Part shown: positions 12,707 to 24,654 of the stretch, piece after piece
Layout of the letters: every line of letters begins with the position of its first letter
Position numbering within the stretch: position 1 is the first letter of the stretch
Assembly: GCA_002104905.1 (NCBI GenBank)
Contig: MCFE01000485.1
Coordinates: forward strand, 3,719 to 67,718
From: Basidiobolus meristosporus CBS 931.73
Taxonomy: Eukaryota > Fungi > Basidiobolomycota
Reading direction: 5' to 3'
DNA length: 64,000 nucleotides
Translations under genes and position numbers: made by a program
Notes under the pieces: generated by a model
What the model saw: the letters and a program-made list of their open reading frames with translations, nothing else
Told to the model about the DNA's origin: nothing
Databases searched by the model: none

Positions 12707-14283
12707 AATTTTTGATCATAGATCATAGATCTTGCCGTATCAATTATTGATATGTTTGCATGTTTGGCTACTCCATTTTGCTGTGGGGAGTATGGTACAG
12801 TTGTCTCTTGCTTTATCCCATGAATTTTGCAGAAGTGGGTGAAGAGTTTTGAGGTATATTCTTCATCATTGTCAGAGAGTATTTTGTTGATTTTTTCACC
12901 AGTTCCTCTCTCCACCATGGCTTTAAACTCCCTGAGCTTAGACAGAGCTTCTTCCTTTCTCTCCATGAAGTAGACCCACATGTATCTTGTATAATCATCA
13001 ATAAAAGTGACTAAATACTTCATCCTGCCCAAGGATATAATTTGCATAGGTCCACACTGATCTGAGTGAGTTAGATCTGAGTTTTTCTTAGTTTTGATTG
13101 GTCCTGAGCTCCTGAACCGTTTTCCGGCTTGTTTCCCATAGATGCAGGCTTCACAGTGCTCCAAATTAGCTAGGGGATCAGTTTTTATTCCGGAAATTAG
13201 CTGATCTTTGATCATTTTGCGTAAATAATCAAACATGATGTGTCTAAATCTTGTATGCCAAAGTGTTGGTGTTTCTTCATTTAAGTTACATATATTGGCT
13301 TCCATATATGATGAAATATAAGTCAACTTGTATAGATTCTTATCTCTGACACCCAAAGCAATATGGGCACCATTTTGATCAGTGATCTTGCATCCAGGAT
13401 TGTCAAAGCTCAGACTGAGTCCCTCTCCAGTGGATTTGCTTACCGTTAGTAGGTTCTTGGCTATTTCTGGTACATAGAGTACATCTTTTAAAGTTGGCGT
13501 ATGGCTTTTTCATTGCCTCTAAGGTTTACTTGAATAGTTCCTTCTCCCACTGCATCAAGTGTTCTATTGTCACCCATCAAAACCTTCTTAATCAGAATTT
13601 CTTGATACTGGGTAAAAAGTTCTTTTTGGTATGTAGAGTGTTGAGATGCTTCAGAGTCAATGTACCACATCTGAGAATCCTTGTCTGTGGTCATATTTAG
13701 TGCAAATATGAATAGTTTATCATCAGTTGTTGCAGCATTTTCATAATCTGGCTTCTTTTGCTGATTATTGCTCTTTTTGAGACACATGTCTGATGTGTGT
13801 CCTTTCCTTTTGCAGTAGTTGCAAAACAGGTTGCTGTTGCCTTTGTAGGGTCTTGGGTACCTCCTTTGTTGATTATCATTGCTAATTAAAGCATTTTCTT
13901 CTTCCTTCTTGTTGGCGCTTGATTTTCTTAATTCTGTTGTAAAAATTTGTAATTCCACCTAAGTATTCACCAAACTTAGTCACTTAGATCATTACCCTCA
14001 AATCCTAGAGAATACTGACCAAATTCCTTGTTGGGATTTACTTAGAATATTTTCACCAAAAAACCAGGTACCCAGAACATGAGAATTCTCAAAGTTGTTC
14101 AAACAGCCCCAAACTTTGTACACATGTTCTTGCCACCTTCCTTAACCTATTTTACATGCTTGTAATGCCAAGACCATGTAAAAGTATAAATACTACTTTT
14201 ATATTCAATAAATCATTAAGTGAAAACCACATAATCTACTTGATCTCCAAATCTCTTCCAATATCCCCAAGACTCTTACAACA

Positions 14284-14295
14284 GGTTATGAGCCC
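14284..14295 (+). promoter_or_regulatory. Primer-binding site complementary to the anticodon stem-loop of initiator tRNA-Met (Ty5/copia half-tRNA priming)
   Basis: GGTTATGAGCCC directly follows the LTR and is complementary to GGGCUCAUAACC of tRNA-iMet. The same motif is at 19197-19208 on the minus strand. Confidence 0.85.
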
Positions 14296-17200
14296 CAAGC
14301 TGTCACTCTCTGCAATGTCTACTACTGCTGTTACTGGAATTTTTCCCTCTACTGAAAAGTTGGATGGATCTAACCATCAAGTGTGGAAGGTGAAGATGAA
14401 GATGCTGCTACAAGAAAGAAGCCTTTGGGATATTGTCATGGGAGAAGAATGCCCTCCTAAAAACATGGGAGAGGAAGCCTTAAAGTACCAGAAGAAAGAA
14501 CAAAGTGACTTTAACTGCATTTGCCTTAAGGTCAAGGACAAATTGCTAATTCAATGCTCAAGAGCAAAAACGGCAAAGAATGCCTGGAAAGCATTAGAAG
14601 ACACCTACCAGGCATGTTCAGCTGCCAAGAAAATGTATCTGAGACAAAAATTCTTTACTACAAAGATGCTACCAGGAGAAGAAATGAAAAATCTAATTAA
14701 CAGAGTTACCCTGCTGGTAGATGAGATGGAATCTGTGGGTGTACCAACTACTGATGAGGATGTGATAGTTACCATCCTGAATAGCCTGACAGACAAGTTT
14801 CAGGGCCTTGTATCAGCCCTAGAGTCCAGAACTGAGGATTTGACCTTAAATTACGTATATGGAAGGCTCCTGGATGAAGAATTAAGAAAATCAAGCGCCA
14901 ATAAGAAGGAAGAAGAAAACGCTTTAATGAGCAATGATAACCAACAATGGAGGTACCCAAGACTCTACAAAGGCAACAGCAACCTATTTTGCAACTACTG
15001 CAAAAGGAAAGGACACACATCAGACTGGTGTCTCAAAAAGAGAGATTATCAGCAAAAGAAGCCTGAATATGCAAATGCTGCAACAACTGAAGATAGACTA
15101 TTCATATCTGCACTAAATATGGCCACAAACAAGGATTCTCAGATGTGGTATATTGACTCTGGAGCTTCTCAACACTTTACACACCAAAAAGAACTTTTTA
15201 CCCAATATCAAGAAATTCCGATGAAGAAGGTTTTCATGGGTGACAATAGAACACTTGATGCAGTGGGAGAAGGAACTATCCAAGTAAACCTTAGAAGCAG
15301 TGAAGGAAGCCATACACTGACTTTAAAAGAAGTACTCTATGTACCAGAAATAGCCAAGAACCTACTCTTTGTAAGCAAGGCCACAGCAGAAGGACTCAGT
15401 TTCAGTTTTGACAATTCTGGATGCATGATCACTGATCAAAATGGTGCCTATATTGCTTTGGGCATCAGAGATCAGAATCTATACAAGTTGACTTATATTC
15501 CATCATATTTGGAAGCCAATATAAGTAACTTAAATGAAGAAACATCAATGCTTTGGCACAGGAGACTTGGACACATCAATTTTGATTATTTGCGCAAAAT
15601 GATCAAAGATCAGCTAATTTCCGGAGTGAAAATTAATCTCCCAGCTAATTTGGAGCACTGTCAAGCCTGCATATATGGGAAATAAGCCAGACAACCGTTC
15701 AAGAGCTCTGGGTTAATCAAAACGAAGAAAAAATTAGATCTAATTTACTCAGATCTGTGTGGACCTATGAAAATTTATCCTTAGGCGGGATGAAGTATTT
15801 AATCACTTTTATTGATGATTATACAAGATACACATGGGTCTACTTCATGGAGAGAAAGGAAGAAGCTCTGTCTAAGTTCAGAGAGTTTAAAGCCATGGTG
15901 GAGAGAGAAACTGGTGAAAAAATCAAGAAAATGCGCTCTGACAATGGTGGAGAATATACCTCAAAACTCTTCATCCACTTCTGCAAAATTTATGGGATAA
16001 AGCAAGAGACTACTGTACCATACTCCCCACAGCAAAATGAAGTAGCAGAACAAGCTAACAGATCAATAATTGATATGGCAAGATCTATGATCCATGATCA
16101 AAAATTATCCTATGATTTTTTGGGTGGAATCAGTTGCCACCGCTATATACCTTAAAAACAGGAGTTATAACAGAATACTTCGTGATTCTACTCCATTTGA
16201 AGCATGGCATGGATACAGACCAAGTGCAGAACATCTAAGAATATATGGGTGTACAGCATATGCCAAAAAACTGACCGGAAATCAGTCAAAATTTGAGCCA
16301 AAAAGTGTAAATGCATATTTTTGGGCTACTGCAATGAGAGTAAGGCATACAGACTCTACAATACCAAAGCAAAGAAGCTGATCAAGTCCAGGGATGTGCT
16401 GTTTGATGAAAATTCAAATTTTCACAAAAAATGACATCAGATGATGACAAATTTGATCTCAAGTCCACCAATTGTCAGGATTGAATCAGAGCAAAACACT
16501 GAAAATTTTTTCACTCCAGAGGACGCTACAACTGTGGTTCAGCCAGAATCAGTGCCCAGGAATATCCCAGAAGTGATCATTCCAATATTAAATGCCTGGA
16601 GATCCAATCGGACAAGAAATAGCCCAAATTACTATATCAATGAGGGTGCAAACTTAGCCTATGCCTATTCAGTCCATATTAATGAGCCCCAGACTGTAAA
16701 AGTGGCCCTAAATAGCCCTCAGACAAGATTTTGGAGATCTGCAATGACCGAGGAATATCAGGCCCTAATGGAAAATCAAACTTGGGACTTAGTCAAATTA
16801 CCAATCAACTGAAAATCAATTAGATGCAGATGGGTCTTCAAGACAAAATACAAAGCTGATGGTACAATTGAAAGATACAAAGCAAGACTTGTAGCCAAAG
16901 GATACTCTCAAACAAAAGGACTTGACTATACTGAGACCTTTGCACCGGTAGCCAAGTTTAATTCCATCTGATTAATTTTGGCTATTGCAGCCAAATATAA
17001 GTTTTTTATTCATCAAATGGATGCAAAAACTGCATTTTTGAATGGAGAACTTGATGAGGACTTGTATATGGACCAGCCTGATGGGTTTGTTGACCAAGAT
17101 AACCCCCATTTGGTCTGCAAGCTTAAAAGTCACTATATGGTCTCAAACAATCACCAAGAGCCTGGAATTGCAAGATAGATTCTTATTTGGAATCTTTGAG

Positions 17201-18249
17201 TTTCAAAAGGAGTAATGCTGCCTATAGTATATATTATAAGCCAGATAGAGCAAATCCAGTTCTATTAGCTCTATATGTGGATGATCTAATTATAGCCGCC
17301 AATAACCTAGCAACATTGGAAGAGACTAAATCCAGCCTATCTAAAGAGTTCAAGATGTCCAAGCAGAACTCAGTTACTACTTAGGGATTAAATTCTCTAT
17401 AGACAGAAGTACCCAGACTATCACCCTAAGTCAATCCAAGTATATTCAAGATATACTAAAGAAGTACCAAATGGAAGACTGTTAACCGGCAGCTACCCCA
17501 ATGGAGACAAACCTTAACTTGGTCAAAACTCAACCAAATCAAGAGAGCTTGGTGCCATCTGAAAGCCCTGACTTTCCTTATCAATCTATGGTCGGCAGTC
17601 TGATGTATATCATGCTTGGAACATGTCCAGATATCTCATATTCAGTGGGAGCTGTCAGCCAACATAATCAGAACCATGGATCTGATCATATTGCGCAGTT
17701 AAGTAGATTTTTAGATACCTAAGAGGAACCGCTGATATCTGCTTAAGATATACTTATAAGGATTCAGAACAGGATCTTGTGGGATACTCTGATGCTGATT
17801 GGGGATGGAATTTGGAAGACAGAAGATCCACCACAGGATACACTTTTCTTTACTGTAAAGGAGCAATTTCATAGAATTCAAGAAAGCAACCAACCGTAGC
17901 ACTTTCCACCACAGAGGCAGAGTATATGGCCTCCTGTGAAGCTACAAAAGAAGCAATATGGTTAAGAAAACTTTTCACAGATTTAGGCCTATATCAAAAA
18001 ACACCTATTACTTTATTTCAAGATAATCAAGGATGTATACAATTATGTAGAAATCCAACTTTTCATGCTAGAACCAAGCACATGGATATTAGACATCATT
18101 TCATACGTGAAGCTATAGAGAATAACTTAGTTAGCTTAGTTTACTGTCCTACAGATGAAATGATTGCAGACATATTTACCAAACCATTAGCTAGAGACAA
18201 GTTTGAATATCTTAGGTCAAAATTAGGACTAGTCAGTATGAACATTTAG
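14288..18249 (+). pseudogene. Copia gag-pol polyprotein, disrupted by stops and frameshifts
   Basis: Gag with CCHC knuckle (CNYCKRKGHTSDWC), protease WYIDSGASQH, GAG-pre-integrase LWHRRLGH, integrase FIDDYTRY/SDNGGEY/QQNEVAE, RT HQMDAKTAFLNG and LYVDD, RNase H EAEY/QDNQG/KHMDIRHHF. The first stop is TAA at 15683, where the sister copy has CAA. Confidence 0.92.
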
Positions 18250-19492
18250 CTGAGTGGGAGTGTTGTAAAAATTTGTAATTCCACCTAAATATTCACCTAA
18301 CTTAGTCACTTAGATCATTACCCTCAAATCCTAGAGAATACTGACCAAATTCCTTGTTGGGATTTACTTAGAATATTTTCACCAAAATACCAGGTACCCA
18401 GAACATGAGAATTCTCCAAGTTGTTCAAACAGCCCCAAACTTTGCACACATGTTCTTGGGACCTTCCTTAACCTATTCTACATGTTTGTAATGCCAAGAC
18501 CATGTAAAAGTATAAATAGTACTTTTATATTCAATAAATCATTAAGTGAAAACCACATAATCTACTTGATCTCCAAATCACTTCCAATATCCCCAAGACT
18601 CTTACAACAAATTCTTCATCCAGGAGCCTTCCATATACGTAATTTAAGATCAAATCTTCAATTCTGGACTCTAGGGCTGATACAAGGCCCTGAAACTCAT
18701 CTGTCAGGCTATTCAGGATGGTAACTATCACATCCTCACTGGTAGTTGGTATGCTCACAGATTCCATTTCATCTACCAGCAGGGTAATTCTGTTAATTAG
18801 ATTTTTCATTTCTTCTCCTGGCTGCATCATTGTGGTAAAGAATTTTCATCTCAGATACATTTTCTTGGCAGCTGAACATGACTGGTAGGTGTCTTCTAAT
18901 GCCTTCCAGGCATCTTTTGCCATTTTGCTCTTGAGTAACAAATTATCAATTTGTCTTTAACATTGAAGCATGTGCAGTTAAAGGCACTTTGTTCTTTCTT
19001 CTGGTACTTTAAGGCTTCCTCTCCCATGTTTTTAGGAGGGCATTCTTCTCCCATGACAATATCCCAAAGGCCTCTTTCTTGTAGCAGCATCTTCATCTTC
19101 ACCTTCCACACTTGATGGTTAGATCCATCCAACTTTTCAGCAGAGGGAGAAGTTATAGTAATAGCAGTAATAGACATTGCAGAGAGTGACAGCTTGGGGC
19201 TCATAACCTGTTGTAAGAGTCTTGGAGATATTGGAAGTGATTGGGAGGACAAGTAGATTATGTGGTTCTCGCTTAATGATATATTAAATGTAAAAGTAGT
19301 ATTGATACTCTTACATTGTATTGGCATAACAAGTATGTAGAATAGGCTTAGGAAGGTCTCAAAAGCATGTGTGCAAAGCTTGGGGCTGTTAGGACAACTT
19401 TGGGAATTTTCATGTTCTGGGTACCTAGTATTTGGTGATAATATTCTAAGTAAATCCCAACAAAGAATTTGGTCAGTATCCTCTAGAATTTG

Positions 19493-20380
19493 TCTTGTAA
19501 AGATTTGTAATTCCACCTAAATATTCACCTAACTTAGTCACTTAGATCATTACCTTCAAATCCTAGAGGATACTGACCAAATTCTTTGCTGGGATTTACT
19601 TAGAATATTTTCACCAAATACTAGGTACCCAGAACATGAAAATTCCCAAAGTTGTCCAAACAGCCCTAAACCTTGCACACATGCTCTTGAGACCTTTCTG
19701 AGCCTATTCTACAAGTTTGCTAGGCCATGACAATGTAAAAGTATAAATACTTCTTTTACATTTAATATATCATTAAGTGAAAACCACATAATCCACTTGT
19801 TCCCCCAATCACTTACAATATCCCCTAGACTTTTACAACATAGACAGCCACAAACTTACCGTGTATTTATTTGAGACCTCTCTAAGCATAGCCTACATGT
19901 TTGTTTTGCCAATATCATGTAAAGTATAAGTATTACTTTGACATTCAATAAATCATTAAGTGAAAACTCTTGAAATTATTAAGTTGTCACCTAAGTATTC
20001 ATGCTAACTTAGTCACACATATCTTACTCTGTGATTAACATTCTGTCCTGTCCAACTTTCTTGTTGGGATTTACTTGCAATATATTCACCAAATTATAAG
20101 GTACCAAGATTGTGACTTTTCTCAAAGTTGTCCAAAAGACCCCAAACTTTGCACACAAATTCTTGGGACCTTCCTTAATAGACTCTGCACGTTTATTTGC
20201 TCTACTTTATCAAAAGTACAAATACCAAACTTTTGATCAATAATTCTACAAGTGAATAGCATGTAAGTCCTCTAGTTCCCCACATCACTTCCAATATTCA
20301 TCAGAATATTGCAACAAAAACCACATAATCTACTTGTTTTCCTAATCACTTCCAATATCTCCAAAACTCTTACAACACTT
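19493..20380 (+). repeat. Pile of Copia LTRs: one near-complete copy (19493-19840) plus further degenerate LTR pieces
   Basis: Repeated LTR blocks (AATTCCACCTAAATATTCACC, AAAACCACATAATC, TTACAACA). The first copy truncates the host 5' LTR. Confidence 0.85.
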
Positions 20381-20786
20381 ATGGTGCACAGCAATTTTTA
20401 TGGCAATTGAAAAGTGATGCCCATTCATTTGACCCTGCCAAAAACATACCTTGGTAGGTGTGGCATCAAGTGAAGCATATGGCTGGACGGTAGCACTGTG
20501 GTGCCAGAGGTTCAGGATAGATATGTCAGGCAGGTCATGTTAGTTTATTGACCACTTCAGATGGAATGGAATCAGCACTGATTAACGGCATAATTATGGA
20601 ATAAACGCAAGATGATACCACATTTAGAATGACTGCTAAGCAGGCTAAGGGAAGGGCGTTCCAGAGCCAATATGGTGCTAGAAGTTGATTTGTCCAGAGT
20701 AAGGAAGGAAAGGGAATTGAGAATCAGTGTGCAACAAGGCTTGGCTAGCAGTCTGCACAGAAGCACTAGTAGAGCATCATCAGGAG

Positions 20787-21375
20787 CTAATAAGCCCTGG
20801 AGAATATAGGAAGGTTCCATAAACGTCCGATGAGAGGTAACTTCCGGAGGAAGCTCAGCACCACTGGGAAGAAATCACTAAATCAAGGCTCAGTACTGTG
20901 GAGCTAGCAGAAGGAAGCGAACCGGACAGGGGATACTTTACCCAAAGAGATTGACGAAACCAAACAGCTCAATGATCATTCCAACCATAGGCCATTTGAC
21001 AAGCACCAGAAAGATCCCACCAAGGAAGCACACGGTGCCCCCCAGCTTGTTTCGCTGGGCAAAGAAACCAAGGGTCTTTTGTAACCCGATCAGAAGCGTG
21101 ATGCCGGCGAGGAAGAAGAGCTACAGAGGAAGGGTAGGAATAAGCATTAAGTGGCTGGGCACAAAAGAGTATAGGAGTGATGGTATACAAACGTACGTTT
21201 CCGATGGCCAGAAGGCCAGAATCGAATAGGAGAAGCACACCAAGCACCATAAAGAGGCCTCCAAAGGAGGTCAATCCCACCCCTATCTCTAAAGACAGAT
21301 GCAACATTCAGTCATGATTGGTACCACCTACGGCGAGATCAAGCAATACAAACTTTGAGCGTCTGACAACCACAT
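20787..21375 (-). CDS. GOT1: Got1/GOLT1-family Golgi vesicle-transport membrane protein, ~127 aa; exons complement(21354-21375, 21197-21288, 20942-21120, 20787-20877)
   Basis: The spliced product is [115 protein letters not shown]. It has three GT-AG introns (65, 76, 64 nt) and 384 nt in frame. The extreme C-terminus is uncertain and a further exon is possible. Confidence 0.93.
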
Positions 21376-22829
21376 AGCAAAGTAGGCAATAGGAGAAGAA
21401 GCAAAGGACCTCCTGTCCTTCAGATCACAACAACAACGTCAAGAGATCATCCAATAGAAGCTCGACAATGCGGAACGCATTACGAAAGAGTGTGTCACAA
21501 ACACTGGAGGAATGAAACCATCATCGAAACATGCCGGATGGCAGTAATATGGAGTGGGCACAACGAAACACTGTTGAAAGGCGCATTCGAGCAGATATAG
21601 CCCTAGCAACTCGGGACACCATGCTGAAGAACCTGCACCTTAGCAGCAACAAGTATCGACCCCACCCGCAGCAGTGCGTAGGGGCAACTAGAGCCTAAGC
21701 GTTTGCTGTTGAGCTAGGCTGGCGATGGGAGTGGCCACCAACAAGCTCAAGCGAGTGGAAATAAGAATCAGATGAACATTCTAGCCCATGCTCTAGATGC
21801 CTACTGATCGGGGTAGGACTCTGAAAAGGGCAATCTTCAGATGTTGATCGGATGCTGCTATATTTAGCTGGCTATCCCATTAGAATGCACCTGATTGGTG
21901 GGGGAGCCGTCTAAGTCCATCCGCGCAAACCGTTGTATTGGCAAGGCATCCTCACTCCAGGTGGTTTTCCAAGCGGCCGAATCGCTTTCGGCATTCTGAT
22001 GCATCTAGTGCGCCGAAGTAGCCATCCCAATGATCGCGGGCCAAATATGGCGAGCAGGAATGAAACCGGTGGGTGCTTGGATAGATAATAGGCCACGTTG
22101 ATCAATCTCGAAATCCGCGGTGCCTTTTTCACATGGATAGCTTGGGGCGCCGTGAATCCCTATCCCTGCGCTTCCTGATCCCCCATTCGCGTGGCAGACA
22201 CCCGCCTGTTTCGCCAGATGCTATCAGGCAGATGAAGTTCCACACAGTGCCGCCCGATGGACTGAAGCTAGCGGAGCCTGATGGACGACCACCTCGCATG
22301 GCCAGCCAATCCATGACATCAACGATAGTTGTATCACGCATGCTATCCATGCAGTGCCCTCCTGATTTCGGACTTCATTTGGTAGCCGCAAGGCTTAGGC
22401 ATCTGCACCTGCCTATATTATGCAATCCAACTCAAGCTTTAGTACAGATTGCGCTCAGGAAACCCCTCGTTATCCTCTCAAATGCTTCCATTTTAAGTCT
22501 ACTTATGGACAGTAGTGACTAGAAATCCTGGCCTAACATGGAGAATCTGGTAATGATGGACAACTTCGGGTTCGAATGAAAAATTTCCATTCGAAAAAAA
22601 GATGATCTTTATCTTTCTGGATCCACGTCTGAATTGGGAATGGCCGCTGCCAATGGCTGGCCGCGCTCCCGATGATGCCTTATTTCACATTCGCCAGCGG
22701 GCCAATCAGCCGAAGGCAGGGAGTTTGTACCTCAGTGAGTCATTTTAGGTATTTAAGAGGTTTTTGGGCCGAAGCAATGTCTAACACTTGAGACGATCTT
22801 GCTTCTCTGGTATTTGACGACTCGGCATC

Positions 22830-24654
22830 ATGAAGGTCATCACAAAGATTGAGCAGGCCACTGCAGAGAACAGACCCTTCTGGTCCTTCGAGTACTTCCC
22901 TCCCAAGACGCAACAGGTAATCTCTTGGCTCGCTCTTCATTCATCTGCACCGTCCTAACTCCCCTTCCCCGTATCCGTAGGGTATCAACAACTTGTATGA
23001 TCGCATGGAGCGCATGTACAAGCTCGGCCCCACTTTCATCGATGTCACTTGGGGTGCCGGTGGGTCGACCTCCGACCTGACCCTTGAGCTTTGCGACACT
23101 GCCCAGAGCGTCTACGGTCTAGAAACCACCATGCATTTGACCTGTACCAACATGCCCAAAGAGCAGATCGATTTTGCGTTGAAGAAAGCCAAAGAATGCG
23201 GGATCCAAAACATTCTGGCTTTGAGAGGTGATCCTCCTCGGGGCCAGGAGGTTTGGACCGCTTGCGAGTCGGGCTTCTCCAACGCCGTCGATCTGGTCAG
23301 ATACATCCGTGAGCAGTATGGGGATTACTTCTGCGTATCGGTGGCTGGCTACCCTGAGGGCCATCTTGATGCCACCTCCTTTGAGGAGGACTTGCGATTC
23401 CTTAAAGAAAAGGTAGACGCTGGTGCCGATTACATAGTGACCCAGCTCTTTTACGACGTCGAGCTTTTCCTCGAGTGGGTGAAGAAATGTCGGGAGATCG
23501 GGATCCAGTGCCCCATCCTGCCTGGGATTCTCCCAATTCAGAATTACAACGGGTTCAAGCGCATGACTACCCTGTGCAAAACTTTCGTCCCTCAGGCGAT
23601 CTTGGATGAATTGGAGCCCATCAAAGAAGACGACCAAGCAGTGAAAGATTACGGCGTCCGTCTGGCCATCAGCATGTGCAGAAGAATGCAGGAGGAGGGC
23701 ATCCTCGGGTTCCACTTCTACACGTTGAACCTCGAGCGTTCCACGCGCCTGGTCCTCGAAGGGCTCAACTTCGTGCCCGCTCAGGAGACCGTTCGCCCAC
23801 TTCCCTGGAACCCTTCCCTTTCGAAGAAGCGTGCCAACGAGAACGTCCGACCCATCTTCTGGAGAAACCGTGTCAAGAGTTACATCGCTCGCACAGAAAA
23901 TTGGGATGATTTTCCCAACGGACGATGGGGTGATTCTCGCTCCCCAGCATATGGTAACCTGGGTGTCCACGGAGTCTCTTTGAAGCAGTCGATGAAGGAA
24001 GCTAAACAATTGTGGAAATCCCCACAAAATCTCTCGGAGATATGCCAGTTGTTTGCCGACTACTGCAGTGGCAAGGTCCTTGCCCTTCCATGGAGTGACC
24101 AGCCCTTGTTGCCGGAGTCGGGTGCGATTACTGAGAAACTGGTCAACATCAACCGACTCGGCTACCTCACGATCAACAGCCAGCCCGCTGTCAACGGGGT
24201 CGAATCCTCCCACAAAGTCCATGGATGGGGCCCTCAGAACGGGTATGTTTATCAGAAAGCGTACCTTGAATTCTTTGTGTCCCCCGAAGCACTGGACCGA
24301 CTGGTGCACAAGATCAACCAAGATCCCTATATCACCTACTACGCCATCAACAAGCAAGGGGATTTGCGCACCAACACCCAATCCGACGAACCTAACGCTG
24401 TCACATGGGGAATCTTCCCCGGCAAACAGATTGTGCAGCCCACCATTGTTGAAGCCTACAGCTTCACTGTCTGGAAAGACGAGGCGTTCGAGTTGTGGGG
24501 AGAGTGGGCCAAGGTGTACGAGCCCGAAGAACCCACCCGTCAATGCATAGAGTCCATCATGGACAACTGGTACCTTGTCAACGTCGTGCACAACGACTAT
24601 CAAGATGCTGACGCGATCTTCAAGATATTCGACATCGAAGACGAACAACAATAA
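22830..24654 (+). CDS. MET13: Methylenetetrahydrofolate reductase (eukaryotic type with C-terminal SAM-binding regulatory domain), 586 aa; exons 22830-22916 and 22981-24654
   Basis: FEYFPPKT, DVTWGAGG, MHLTCTN, LALRGDPP, VAGYPEGH, VTQLFYD and HFYTLN catalytic-domain motifs, plus the regulatory-domain motif RPIFW..NWDDFPNGRWGDSRSP. One 64-nt GT-AG intron. The MET13 versus MET12 assignment is tentative. Confidence 0.97.

Larger units (their letters stand above)
13935..18609 (+). mobile_element. Full-length Ty1/copia retrotransposon (defective pol) inserted antisense into the gag of a same-family copy
   Basis: LTRs 13935-14283 and 18261-18609 are 349 bp each with about 11 mismatches by eye. Perfect TSD AATTC (13930-13934 and 18610-18614). 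PBS 14284-14295, PPT GAGTGGGAG 18252-18260. Confidence 0.95.
9851..19492 (-). mobile_element. Complete but defective Ty1/copia element (host of the nest); 5' LTR truncated
   Basis: 3' LTR 9851-10197, PPT 10198-10206, RNase H (ORF 10226-10531, QDNQGC...KHIDIRHHF), RT, integrase (12628-13356, FIDDYTRY..SDNDEEY), gag, PBS reverse complement at 19197-19208, 5' LTR 19209-19492. Internal length without the inserts is ~3.98 kb, the same as the inner copy. Confidence 0.9.

Noticed and set aside
14156-14287. Recurring LTR-encoded frame MPRPCKSINTTF..LLQQ, in frame with gag in several copies
   Set aside because: Its ATG lies upstream of the likely LTR TATA box (GTATAAATA), so it is probably outside the transcript, and it recurs because the LTR is repeated. 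5' RACE showing an upstream start would reopen this.
8790-20380. Repeated ~349-bp units with variable intervening DNA considered as a CRISPR-like or satellite array
   Set aside because: The units are LTRs with TG...CA ends, PBS, PPT and TSDs, spacing is irregular, and there are no cas genes.
23119-24651. 510-aa ORF antisense to MTHFR
   Set aside because: Codon-aligned shadow frame of a gene with strong codon bias. It has typical antisense composition and no recognisable domain.
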